Assembly: GCA_050633245.1 (NCBI GenBank)
Contig: JBOEGD010000024.1
Span: forward strand, 199,787-263,786
DNA from: Calditrichia bacterium
Lineage (GTDB): Bacteria > Calditrichota > Calditrichia > RBG-13-44-9 > J075
Reading direction: 5' to 3'
DNA: 64,000 bases
Part shown: in pieces, positions 38,331 through 47,198 of the stretch
Layout: each line of letters starts with the position of its first letter
Position numbering within the stretch: the first letter of the stretch is position 1
Position numbers and translations under genes: made by a program
Notes under the pieces: generated by a model
What the model was told of the DNA's origin: nothing
Database searches by the model: none
What the model saw: the letters and a program-made list of their open reading frames with translations, nothing else

Positions 38331-40409
38331 ATGAACTTCATTACAGACGTATTATTTTCGGGAGGGTTAATCCTTCTGATATTGGGAGTTGGCGTATTCG
38401 CCTGGCTTGTCCAGCGCTATAAGAAAATAGACCAGGGAATGGCCATTGTTCGCAATGGGATTGGCGGATCGAAAGTCAGTTTTACCGGCATGTTTGTTTT
38501 TCCTGTTCTGCATCGCGGAGAATACCTCGACATCTCGGTTAAACGAGTAGAGATTGAGCGCTCAGGCAAGGATGGGCTTATTTGTGAAGACAATATTCGT
38601 GCAGATATAAAGGTTGCATTTTTTGTACGCGTAAATAAAACTGAGGAAGATGTGCTTAAAGTAGCGCAATCACTCGGCACATCACGTGCATCCGATCAGC
38701 AGGCACTCATCGATTTTTTTGACGCCAAGTTTTCAGAAGCTCTGAAAACCGTCGGTAAGCAGTTTGCCTTTGTCGATCTATACAATTCGCGTGAACGCTT
38801 TAAGAGTGAAATTCTGCAAACGATCGGTACCGATCTCAACGGTTATGTGCTCGATGATGCGGCCATTGATTATCTTGAACAAACGCCTTTGGATTTCCTG
38901 AGCGCAGACAATATTCTCGATGCCCAGGGTATTAAGAAGATCACCGATATTACCGCGCAGCAAAGCATCTTATCTAATCAGATCGCTCGCAATAAGGAAA
39001 AAACAATTACCCAGCAGGATGTTGAAGCACGCGAGGCGATTCTTGAGCTTAACCGCCAGCTGGCTGAAACGGAAGAACGTCAGAAGCGCGAGATTGCCTC
39101 TATTAAGGCACGTGAAGAAGCCGAGGCAGCGCGGGTAGAACATGAAGAAAGATTGAAGTCTGAGCGAGCTCGCATTCTAACGGAAGAAGAACTGGCGGTT
39201 GCTGAAGAGAATAAGCTGAGACAGGTCATTGTTGCTGCGAAAAGCAAAGAACGCACCGATGCTGTAGAGAACGAGCGTGTACTGAAAGATAAGTTTCTTG
39301 AGCAAAACGAACGCGAGCGCGTAGTATCATTAGCGCAGATTGAAAAAGAGCGTGCGATTGAAGAAGAACGCAAAAACATTCAGGAAGTTATTCGTGAACG
39401 AATAGCGGTTGAAAAGTCGGTGGTGGAAGAAGAAGAGCGCATCAAGGATACACGCGCCATTGCTGAAGCTGATCGCAAGAAGCAGGTTGCACTGACCTTT
39501 GCAACACAGGAGGCTGAAGAGGCAAAAACCCGTGAAGTTATTGCTGCTGATGCTGCCCGCGAAGCGGCTCGAATGAAGGCCGAGCAGGATGTTATTGAAG
39601 CCGAAGCCTCAAAAGAAGCAGCTACTAAAGAAGGTGAAGCTCGCAAAACACTTGCTGAAGCACAAGCTGCTGAAGAAGCAACGCTCGGACTCTCGGAAGT
39701 GCAGGTGCTGGAAGCAAAAGCGAATGCAATCGAAAAACAGGGATCTGCTGAGGCGAATGTGCTTGAAATGAAGGCTACCGCTGAAGCCCGTGGCATTGAA
39801 GCAAAGGCTGTTGCACTCGAAAAGGAAGGAACGGCAGAAGCAACGGTGATGTCGAAAAAGTTCTCTGCTGAAGCGCAAGGCATTGAAGATAAGGCCGCAG
39901 CCATGAAAAAGCTGGACGGCGTTGGAAAAGAGCACGAAGAGTTTAAGTTGCGCCTGGATGTAGACAAGCAGGTGAAGCTGGCAAAAATTCATGTTCAAAA
40001 GGATATCGCGGAGGCACAGGCATCTGTGATTCGGGAAGGCTTGCAGGCAGCGAATATCGATATCGTTGGTGGCGAAAGTATGTTTTTCGATAAGATTGTC
40101 GGTTCCATAAGCAATGGTAAAGCGATTGACAGATTCATGGAAAACAGTACGACCGTGTCGGATATCAAGGATACGTTTTTTAGCGGTGATGCCGATGAAT
40201 TCAGCAACAGACTGCAAACCTTTATCAGTCGATTTGGCATGTCATCTGCCGATCTGAAGAATCTGACCATCTCGGCGCTCATTGCAAAGCTAATGGGTTT
40301 AAGCGGAGACAATGAAATCGATACCTCTCTTCTACATCAACTACGCGACTTTGTTGAGATGAAGGGAATCGGCAGTAAGCCAGCGTCATCACTACTAAAA
40401 CGCAAGTAG
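38331..40409 (+). CDS. flotillin-like SPFH/band-7 protein (YqiK/FloT-like)
   Basis: N-terminal TM segment. SPFH domain (GMAIVRNGIGGSKVSFTGMFVFPVLHRGEYLDISVKRVE). A long Glu/Ala/Lys/Arg-rich coiled coil follows, typical of flotillins. The start is 1 nt after the preceding stop. Confidence 0.85.
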   Translation: MNFITDVLFSGGLILLILGVGVFAWLVQRYKKIDQGMAIVRNGIGGSKVSFTGMFVFPVLHRGEYLDISVKRVEIERSGKDGLICEDNIRADIKVAFFVRVNKTEEDVLKVAQSLGTSRASDQQALIDFFDAKFSEALKTVGKQFAFVDLYNSRERFKSEILQTIGTDLNGYVLDDAAIDYLEQTPLDFLSADNILDAQGIKKITDITAQQSILSNQIARNKEKTITQQDVEAREAILELNRQLAETEERQKREIASIKAREEAEAARVEHEERLKSERARILTEEELAVAEENKLRQVIVAAKSKERTDAVENERVLKDKFLEQNERERVVSLAQIEKERAIEEERKNIQEVIRERIAVEKSVVEEEERIKDTRAIAEADRKKQVALTFATQEAEEAKTREVIAADAAREAARMKAEQDVIEAEASKEAATKEGEARKTLAEAQAAEEATLGLSEVQVLEAKANAIEKQGSAEANVLEMKATAEARGIEAKAVALEKEGTAEATVMSKKFSAEAQGIEDKAAAMKKLDGVGKEHEEFKLRLDVDKQVKLAKIHVQKDIAEAQASVIREGLQAANIDIVGGESMFFDKIVGSISNGKAIDRFMENSTTVSDIKDTFFSGDADEFSNRLQTFISRFGMSSADLKNLTISALIAKLMGLSGDNEIDTSLLHQLRDFVEMKGIGSKPASSLLKRK

Positions 40410-40451
40410 GAAACCTAATGGTCGCCATGCTAAAAACAGTATTGGCGACCA

Positions 40452-43400
40452 GTGATGCGGACAGAATTTACGTTGAGGAAATCCATGACGGATAATATAC
40501 AAGAAGAGCAGCTACCGGTTGATGCACCGGAACAACAGCTTGAGGGTGGCACCTACGAGCTTATTCGCAATCGCCTGAGAGGGCAGGGTGAGGAGCTGCG
40601 CGGACGTCTTGAAAAGCTGAATGCAGAACGTAAGGAAGTGTTCGGTTCAATAGACAGCCGTTTGCTGAATACCGATCGAATTACCACCGAGCATAATTGT
40701 TTGCCGCAAGATATGGTGCCAATCGGAAACCTGTTTATCTTTGGCTACAATGTACATATCGGCTTGAAAAGCGAAACCAGCATATCGGATGTGCTTTCGG
40801 TTTATCGTTATTCGGATCATGCTTTTCATTTAACCGAACCGACTCTCCTGCAAAATCGCGAGTTTGAAGACGACTTCCGCAATCTCTATAAATACTACAA
40901 GAAAACGCGTTTTGTGAAGTTCTCGGTGATTGGCCCCTATTTATATATGGCTTTTCAAATTGGTCGTAGTACCACCGATATTAAAACTTTTAAATGGCTG
41001 ATTAGGGACAATGCGCTTGAATATGTAGACAATCGCAGTGAACATGAATTTCGCTTTCCCGCGCAGCAGGAAGTAGATTGGAAGCGTGCTACGCGAGATT
41101 TTCATCGGGATGGAGACCATCCACATGTCTCTATTGCAGATCGATTATTTGTTGAGTCGATCGGTGGTGACCTAACGATCAAGATTGAAGATAATACCGA
41201 TTCGGGTGAGGGAATATATGCCGAACCCGTAGACCATAAAGAACAGTTACTTGATGATGCTGAGATCTTTTATGCACTTGCCGGCGACTTAATTCTCCTT
41301 AAAATCAAACCGTTTCAGGAAAAAAACTTTCGCTATCTGGTGTATAGCGAAAAAAATCAGCAGGTTCGCCGTGCAGATAGTATCCAGGATTCCTGCATCT
41401 TCCTGCCGGATGATCATGGAATTGTTTTCGCCAAAGGTTATGTCTTGCAAAGCGGTACGTTCAAGCTTTTCGAGCATGAGCTACAAAATATTCGCTTCGA
41501 GAAACAATGGGCCTCACCAAACGGAGAGGATCATCTCTTCGTCTTTTTCCAGCCGGAAAGCGGAACGTATGTGTTATTGCGATACAATGTAATTGCACAA
41601 GCAGTAGATGTTCCGCTCTTATGCAGTGGTTATGCGCATTTTGAAAATGGTGAGATGGTATATTTTCGAGCGGAAGAAACACCCGGCAAACATCATGCAG
41701 CTCAGATCTGGCAAACGCCTTTTGTAAGTCCGGAATACAATCCTCCGGTTAAAAAGGGCTCGTATCTTTATAAAATAGGGAATAAGGACATCGTCCGTTG
41801 TATGTCGGAGTGTCAAGAAGTCTATAATCTGGCATTCAGAGACGATTCCTATGCGAACCTCTATGTCGATATTGTTAAGAAAAGCCGCGATATTCTCGAT
41901 TCCTACTTTTGGCTCACCGAACCGAAAGCTCAAAATTTAAGCGAACCGCTACAGTCCCTTCACGATGCCGGTGCGGCAGCTTTGGCCGAGTTCGACAAGG
42001 TAGAGCGACTACGGCGAACTGCTCGCGAAGAGCTTTTAAAAGTAAAAAAACAAACAGAGGCCATTCTTGAAGAGACAAAACGACCAGACTTTAAGACAGT
42101 AGACAAGTATGTCGAAAAACTGACTGCACTTAGAACGTTGCGAGGCGAACTGATTTCGCTGCGCGACGTTCGCTATATCGATCTTAAAGCAATTGAAGCA
42201 TTGGAAGATGCTATCTCTGAACGTAGCGATATGTTGTCTGCAGCATGCGTCGAGTTTTTACTAAAACCAAATGCCTTAGAACCATATGGAGTGAAGGTTG
42301 CTGAACTCGACAAGCGGATTCCGGACGTCAGTAAAGTTGCGGTAGGCAAGGTGCTTGCTGAGGATATCGATAAAGTTGCTGCTGAACTTGAGATGTTAAT
42401 TGAGGTTGTCAGTAATCTTAAAATAGACGATGCAACGCAAACCACCGAAATTGTGGACAGCGTTTCTACTATTTACAGTACGCTAAATCAAACGCGAGCT
42501 CGCCTGCGCAAACGAATTTCTTCCCTGCAAAGCACTGAGGCAATTGCCGAGTTTAACGCGCAGATAAAGCTGCTTGGTCAGGGACTGATTAATTATCTGG
42601 ATCTATGCGAGACCCCCGAAAAATGCGATGAATACCTAACCAGACTTATGGTGCAGCTCGAAGAGCTGGAAGGCCGATTTGCCGACTTTGATGATTTTAT
42701 CCTACAGCTCTCTGAAAAGCGTGAAGAAATTTATGGCGCTTTTGAATTGCGAAAAATTATGTTGGTCGAGTCGCGAAATAAGCGCGCTTCTACTTTACAG
42801 AGCGCAGCAGAGCGCATCCTGAAAGGCATTCAAAACAGACTATCTGCTTTCGATACGACGGCAGCAATTAATGGTTACCTGGCTTCCGACTTAATGGTGG
42901 ATAAGGTCCGGGACATCATTGAGCAACTTACCAATCTTGGCGATACCATTAAGGCCGACGATATACAAACCCGGCTCAAAACGCTGCGCGAAGATACGGT
43001 GCGGCAACTAAAGGACAAGAAAGAGCTCTTTGTAGATGGCGAGAATGTCATCAAAATGGGGGAGCGACGCTTTTCCGTAAACACGATGAAGCCGGATCTT
43101 ACTATTTTACCTCATGAAGATGGAATGGCGCTGCATCTTACCGGAACGCGGTTCTTTGAGGCGTTGGAGGATGCTGTCTTTTTGGAAACTCGTCCGGTCT
43201 GGAAGCAGGAAGTTGTTTCAGAAAGTGCCGATGTTTACCGCGCGGAATATTTGGCCTGGCAGATACTTCAGGATGTCGTTCAGTCCCGAAGCGACACTGC
43301 TTCGCTTGCTGGTAAGAAATTACTTCCAGCTGTGCAGAAGTTTATGAACACCCGTTTTGAAGAAGGCTATGTAAAAGGCGTTCATGATGCGGATGCCGCC

Positions 43401-45425
43401 TTGTTTTTAAAAAGTCTGTTAAAAATTGAAAAAGATGTGGGTCTCTTAAGATCTCCTCCGGAAGTGCGGGCTTGTGCGATGGTCTTTTGGCTGCACTTTG
43501 CAGATTCTGGCGATCGGGATCGACTTGCCGGACGACTTTCCAGCGTGGGCGAAGTATTAAATGTCTTTCCGGAAAGTGCAGAACGGCAACGTTACATTGA
43601 TGATCTCTCTGAAATGATAACGATCTGGTTAGAAGAAACCGGTTTATATAGTCTTGAGCTTGCCAAGCCTGTTGCCCGCTGCCTTTTTGAACAGCTGGTT
43701 TCGGAAAGCGATTCCTTTGTTATAAGTCATGAAGGGTCGGAACTATATGGCAGCTTTATGGCATATTTGAACAAGAAGCGTGCTCGGACTGCCTTTGATA
43801 AGTCTCTAAAGCGATTGGAGAAAGACGCACTCGGACGGATAACGCTTCTACGAGACTGGCTGATTGGTTATGCCGAGTCGCTTCCTGCTGTAATGCAGGA
43901 CGGCTATGTAGAAGAGGTTGTTGCGCTGCTTTTTTGCGACAACTATTCTGATAAGCAGGTAAAACGCGTTTCGGTGCGAGCTGAGCTGAATGGATTCCTC
44001 GGTGAACATTCTGTTCTTCAGGACAATACCTATTCGCTCGATTATCATGCGTTTAATCGCAAATTGGAAGCCTTTCATCGTCGAGAGATACCCTTGTTTC
44101 AGCGCTATCTGAAGTTGAAGAAAGAACGCATCGAGGCCTATCGTGAAGAAATGCATTTGGAAGATTTTACGCCGAGAGTGTTGACGTCTTTTGTACGCAA
44201 TAAATTGATCGATCAGCTGTATCTTCCGCTAATCGGAGATAACCTGGCTAAGCAAATCGGTGAGACCGGCGCAGCAACCCGAACGGATAGAATGGGAATG
44301 CTGCTGTTGATCTCTCCGCCGGGGTATGGTAAAACCACGCTAATGGAGTATGTAGCGAATCGACTGGGTCTGATTTTGATGAAGATCAACGGACCGGCGA
44401 TCGGGCATCATGTAACTTCACTGGATCCTGCTGAAGCGCCAAACGCTGCTGCCCGTGAAGAGGTTGAAAAACTGAATCTTTCGTTGGAGTTCGGTGATAA
44501 CGTCATGATTTATCTGGACGATATTCAGCACTGTAATCCGGAATTTCTGCAAAAGTTTATTTCGCTCTGCGATGCGCAACGGAAAATTGAAGGGGTTTAT
44601 AAAGGACGCAGTCGCACCTACGATCTGCGCGGCCGTAAGGTTTGCGTGGTGATGGCGGGGAACCCATACACCGAAAGCGGCGAGGCATTCAAAATCCCCG
44701 ATATGCTGGCCAACCGCGCCGACACCTATAATCTCGGGGATATCCTGGGCGACAATGCTGATATCTTCAAGCTGAGTTATCTGGAAAATTCACTGACCTC
44801 AAACTCAATCCTCAGCAAGCTCGCAAATAAAGAGCAAGAAGATATTTACTCGCTCATTCGCTTTGCCGAAAGCGGCGATCGCGAACAGCTGAAACTCGAA
44901 GGAAGTTATTCTGCCGATGAGGTGAAAGACTACGTTGCTGTATTTCAACGCCTGCTACGAATTCGGGACGTTATTCTTCGGGTCAACCAGGAATATATTC
45001 GCTCTGCCGGTCAGGCCGATGCTTATCGCACCGAACCGCCGTTTAAGCTACAGGGTTCCTATCGCAACATGAACAAGCTGGCAGAGAAAGTAATTCCGGT
45101 TATGAACAAGGAAGAGCTTGAATTGTTAATCGCTTCGCACTACGAGCAGGAGGCGCAAACGCTGACAACCGGTGCTGAAGCGAACCTGCTTAAGTTTCGC
45201 GAAATTAATGAATTGCTGAGTGATGAAGACGCAGAGCGTTGGGCAGACATCAAAAAAACATTCACTAAAAACCGCATGTTTGGCGGTAATGGTGGAAGTG
45301 ATCGCATGGCGCAGTTATTGGCACAGTTAGATTCATTTGGAGATGGTTTAGACGGCATTCGTGAGGTGTTGGAAAAAGCGGTAAATGCAAAACCGAAAAC
45401 AACGAAACGGAAAAAAACGCCGTAG
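40452..45425 (+). CDS. giant (1657 aa) protein with a C-terminal MoxR-like AAA+ ATPase domain. The N-terminal ~1200 aa are of unknown function.
   Basis: Walker A LLLISPPGYGKTTL (about nt 44310-44345). Walker-B-like IYLDDIQHC (about nt 44507-44535). MoxR/dynein-type sensor region CVVMAGNPYTESGEAFKIPDMLANRADTYNL. Long predicted helical and coiled-coil stretches upstream. It starts 42 nt after the flotillin stop. Confidence 0.7.
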   Translation: MMRTEFTLRKSMTDNIQEEQLPVDAPEQQLEGGTYELIRNRLRGQGEELRGRLEKLNAERKEVFGSIDSRLLNTDRITTEHNCLPQDMVPIGNLFIFGYNVHIGLKSETSISDVLSVYRYSDHAFHLTEPTLLQNREFEDDFRNLYKYYKKTRFVKFSVIGPYLYMAFQIGRSTTDIKTFKWLIRDNALEYVDNRSEHEFRFPAQQEVDWKRATRDFHRDGDHPHVSIADRLFVESIGGDLTIKIEDNTDSGEGIYAEPVDHKEQLLDDAEIFYALAGDLILLKIKPFQEKNFRYLVYSEKNQQVRRADSIQDSCIFLPDDHGIVFAKGYVLQSGTFKLFEHELQNIRFEKQWASPNGEDHLFVFFQPESGTYVLLRYNVIAQAVDVPLLCSGYAHFENGEMVYFRAEETPGKHHAAQIWQTPFVSPEYNPPVKKGSYLYKIGNKDIVRCMSECQEVYNLAFRDDSYANLYVDIVKKSRDILDSYFWLTEPKAQNLSEPLQSLHDAGAAALAEFDKVERLRRTAREELLKVKKQTEAILEETKRPDFKTVDKYVEKLTALRTLRGELISLRDVRYIDLKAIEALEDAISERSDMLSAACVEFLLKPNALEPYGVKVAELDKRIPDVSKVAVGKVLAEDIDKVAAELEMLIEVVSNLKIDDATQTTEIVDSVSTIYSTLNQTRARLRKRISSLQSTEAIAEFNAQIKLLGQGLINYLDLCETPEKCDEYLTRLMVQLEELEGRFADFDDFILQLSEKREEIYGAFELRKIMLVESRNKRASTLQSAAERILKGIQNRLSAFDTTAAINGYLASDLMVDKVRDIIEQLTNLGDTIKADDIQTRLKTLREDTVRQLKDKKELFVDGENVIKMGERRFSVNTMKPDLTILPHEDGMALHLTGTRFFEALEDAVFLETRPVWKQEVVSESADVYRAEYLAWQILQDVVQSRSDTASLAGKKLLPAVQKFMNTRFEEGYVKGVHDADAALFLKSLLKIEKDVGLLRSPPEVRACAMVFWLHFADSGDRDRLAGRLSSVGEVLNVFPESAERQRYIDDLSEMITIWLEETGLYSLELAKPVARCLFEQLVSESDSFVISHEGSELYGSFMAYLNKKRARTAFDKSLKRLEKDALGRITLLRDWLIGYAESLPAVMQDGYVEEVVALLFCDNYSDKQVKRVSVRAELNGFLGEHSVLQDNTYSLDYHAFNRKLEAFHRREIPLFQRYLKLKKERIEAYREEMHLEDFTPRVLTSFVRNKLIDQLYLPLIGDNLAKQIGETGAATRTDRMGMLLLISPPGYGKTTLMEYVANRLGLILMKINGPAIGHHVTSLDPAEAPNAAAREEVEKLNLSLEFGDNVMIYLDDIQHCNPEFLQKFISLCDAQRKIEGVYKGRSRTYDLRGRKVCVVMAGNPYTESGEAFKIPDMLANRADTYNLGDILGDNADIFKLSYLENSLTSNSILSKLANKEQEDIYSLIRFAESGDREQLKLEGSYSADEVKDYVAVFQRLLRIRDVILRVNQEYIRSAGQADAYRTEPPFKLQGSYRNMNKLAEKVIPVMNKEELELLIASHYEQEAQTLTTGAEANLLKFREINELLSDEDAERWADIKKTFTKNRMFGGNGGSDRMAQLLAQLDSFGDGLDGIREVLEKAVNAKPKTTKRKKTP

Positions 45426-45484
45426 AGGTACAATGCAGTGCGTCTCTACGGCGATAATCTTACGGCGTCACGCCGCATTTGGTC

Positions 45485-45904
45485 TTACGCGTGAACCTTT
45501 TCGGCTGCGGCTGGATTTGCAACAGCGTCCTGGGTGAGTGCGCCACTGTAGTATGGCTTATAAGCGAAGAGCAATACCAGGTTAGCAGCAGCAACGATTA
45601 GGCCGGGAGCAATGTTTGCCGGATCCAGAAAGGCGTGGAAGCCAACAATGTTTACACTGATCGGGGCTAAAAGCAGCAGTGCCAATGGCACATATTTGTT
45701 AGAAACCAACATGGCGCCAACGGCAATCTCAACAATTGCAACGATTGGCATAATGTAGCCAGTGCCAACGAGAGCCGTCATAAATGCCAGGGCATCTCCC
45801 TGAAGCTCAAAGTTTGGCAGAAAAGCAGCAAACTTATTGATACCAAAAATTAATAGAATGGCACCAAGCACTAGGCGGGTGATTTGTGGAATTCGTTCTT
45901 GCAT
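45485..45904 (-). CDS. DoxX family membrane protein
   Basis: 139 aa, four TM segments, and the ITRLVLGAILLIFGINKF pattern. Confidence 0.65.
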   Translation of the reverse strand: MQERIPQITRLVLGAILLIFGINKFAAFLPNFELQGDALAFMTALVGTGYIMPIVAIVEIAVGAMLVSNKYVPLALLLLAPISVNIVGFHAFLDPANIAPGLIVAAANLVLLFAYKPYYSGALTQDAVANPAAAEKVHA

Positions 45905-45984
45905 AATTCTTCTCCTCTGGTGTTCGTAATTATTTCACACAGTTGTCTTAAAGACCATAAAGTATACGGAAAAGAATTCACATA

Positions 45985-46890
45985 TCAATCACTCTGAAGT
46001 AACGATTTACTGTGCTTCTTGAACAATCCGTTTACTACCATTACGCCAAAAATGATGAGTGCGCAGCCAGCAAACCCGTTCCAACCTACCGATTCGTTTA
46101 ATACGACAATCCCGAGAAAAATTCCAAAGATCGGCACTAAATAAGTAACCATGGATATGTAAGTCGCACTAACGGTTTCAATAAGATGAAAGTAAACGAT
46201 AAAGGCGATTGCTGTGCCAAATACGGCAAGTGCAATCAAACTTCCCCATGCAGCAAGTGATGGATTTGCAAGGGACAACGGTTGATCAATTAATAAGGCA
46301 AATGGCAATAGCCAAAGCGTTCCGGACATCAGCTGAGCGGTTGGCGCAACTAGCTTTGGCAAACCGCGTAAATAACGTCGCGTATAGACAATTGATAAGC
46401 CGTAGCAGGCGGCTGGGATGGTGACAGCGATTAAACCCAGCGTCGTGGTTCTGGCTCCCTCAAATATCGCCGGTCCAACAATTAGCATTAATCCAATAAA
46501 TCCAATCAGCGTACCGATAGATTTTGTGCTATTCAGGCGATCATCTTCTGTAAAGAAGTGCGCAATAATTATTGTGAACAGCGGCGTCGTTCCGTTAAGA
46601 ATAGAAGCAATTGCACTATCAACGTAGATTTCCCCCCAGGAAAAAAGCGCGAATGGAATGGCGTGATTAAACAGACCTACAAAGGCAAAATGCCTCCAAA
46701 GTTGTCTTTCCCTCGGAAGCGAATTTCCCAGCCAGCGCATAATGGGATAGAGCACGAGTGCACCAAGACCAACGCGAATTGTAGAGAGCGTGATGGGAGG
46801 AAATTCCTGCACGGCAACCTTAATGAATAGAAATGATGGTCCCCAAAGTGCCGCTAAAAAGAGTAGCCAAAGAAAGTTTCGCAGCTTCAT
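45985..46890 (-). CDS. EamA/DMT-superfamily transporter
   Basis: Ten TM segments. Duplicated EamA-like halves. Confidence 0.7.
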   Translation of the reverse strand: MKLRNFLWLLFLAALWGPSFLFIKVAVQEFPPITLSTIRVGLGALVLYPIMRWLGNSLPRERQLWRHFAFVGLFNHAIPFALFSWGEIYVDSAIASILNGTTPLFTIIIAHFFTEDDRLNSTKSIGTLIGFIGLMLIVGPAIFEGARTTTLGLIAVTIPAACYGLSIVYTRRYLRGLPKLVAPTAQLMSGTLWLLPFALLIDQPLSLANPSLAAWGSLIALAVFGTAIAFIVYFHLIETVSATYISMVTYLVPIFGIFLGIVVLNESVGWNGFAGCALIIFGVMVVNGLFKKHSKSLLQSD

Positions 46891-47198
46891 AGATGTCCCC
46901 TCATAAAAAGATAAGCGGGAAATATAGAGAACTTGTATTTGCGAAACAAAAGAGGAAAAATTATAGCAAGAAAACGTATAATATGTACCGTGTTTTATAG
47001 CAGTATATTCTTCCTCATGATTGAATCGTAAACTTTTAAGTAATGCGCCAATGATATTTGACAGTTAGGGATGGTCACCTTGGGCGTAGTCGAAAGGCCT
47101 AAAAAGGCCTACATTAACTTCGACTCCGCTCAATCGGACAAAAGCAAGTCAAACTATTCTGTCAAATAATACTGGTAACTACATAAGGTAAGCACACT

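Noticed and set aside
39380-40217. Long minus-strand ORFs (195 and 202 aa) rich in Ser/Ala/Cys/Phe inside the flotillin gene
   Set aside because: They are mirror-image artefacts of the GAA/GCT-rich coiled-coil coding region on the + strand. There are no start-context or domain features.
46891-47198. Expected Thr/Ile-rich leader peptide attenuator upstream of thrA
   Set aside because: Only very short ORFs without Thr/Ile codon runs and a weak 5-bp hairpin (AGGCC...GGCCT) are present. There is no convincing attenuator.
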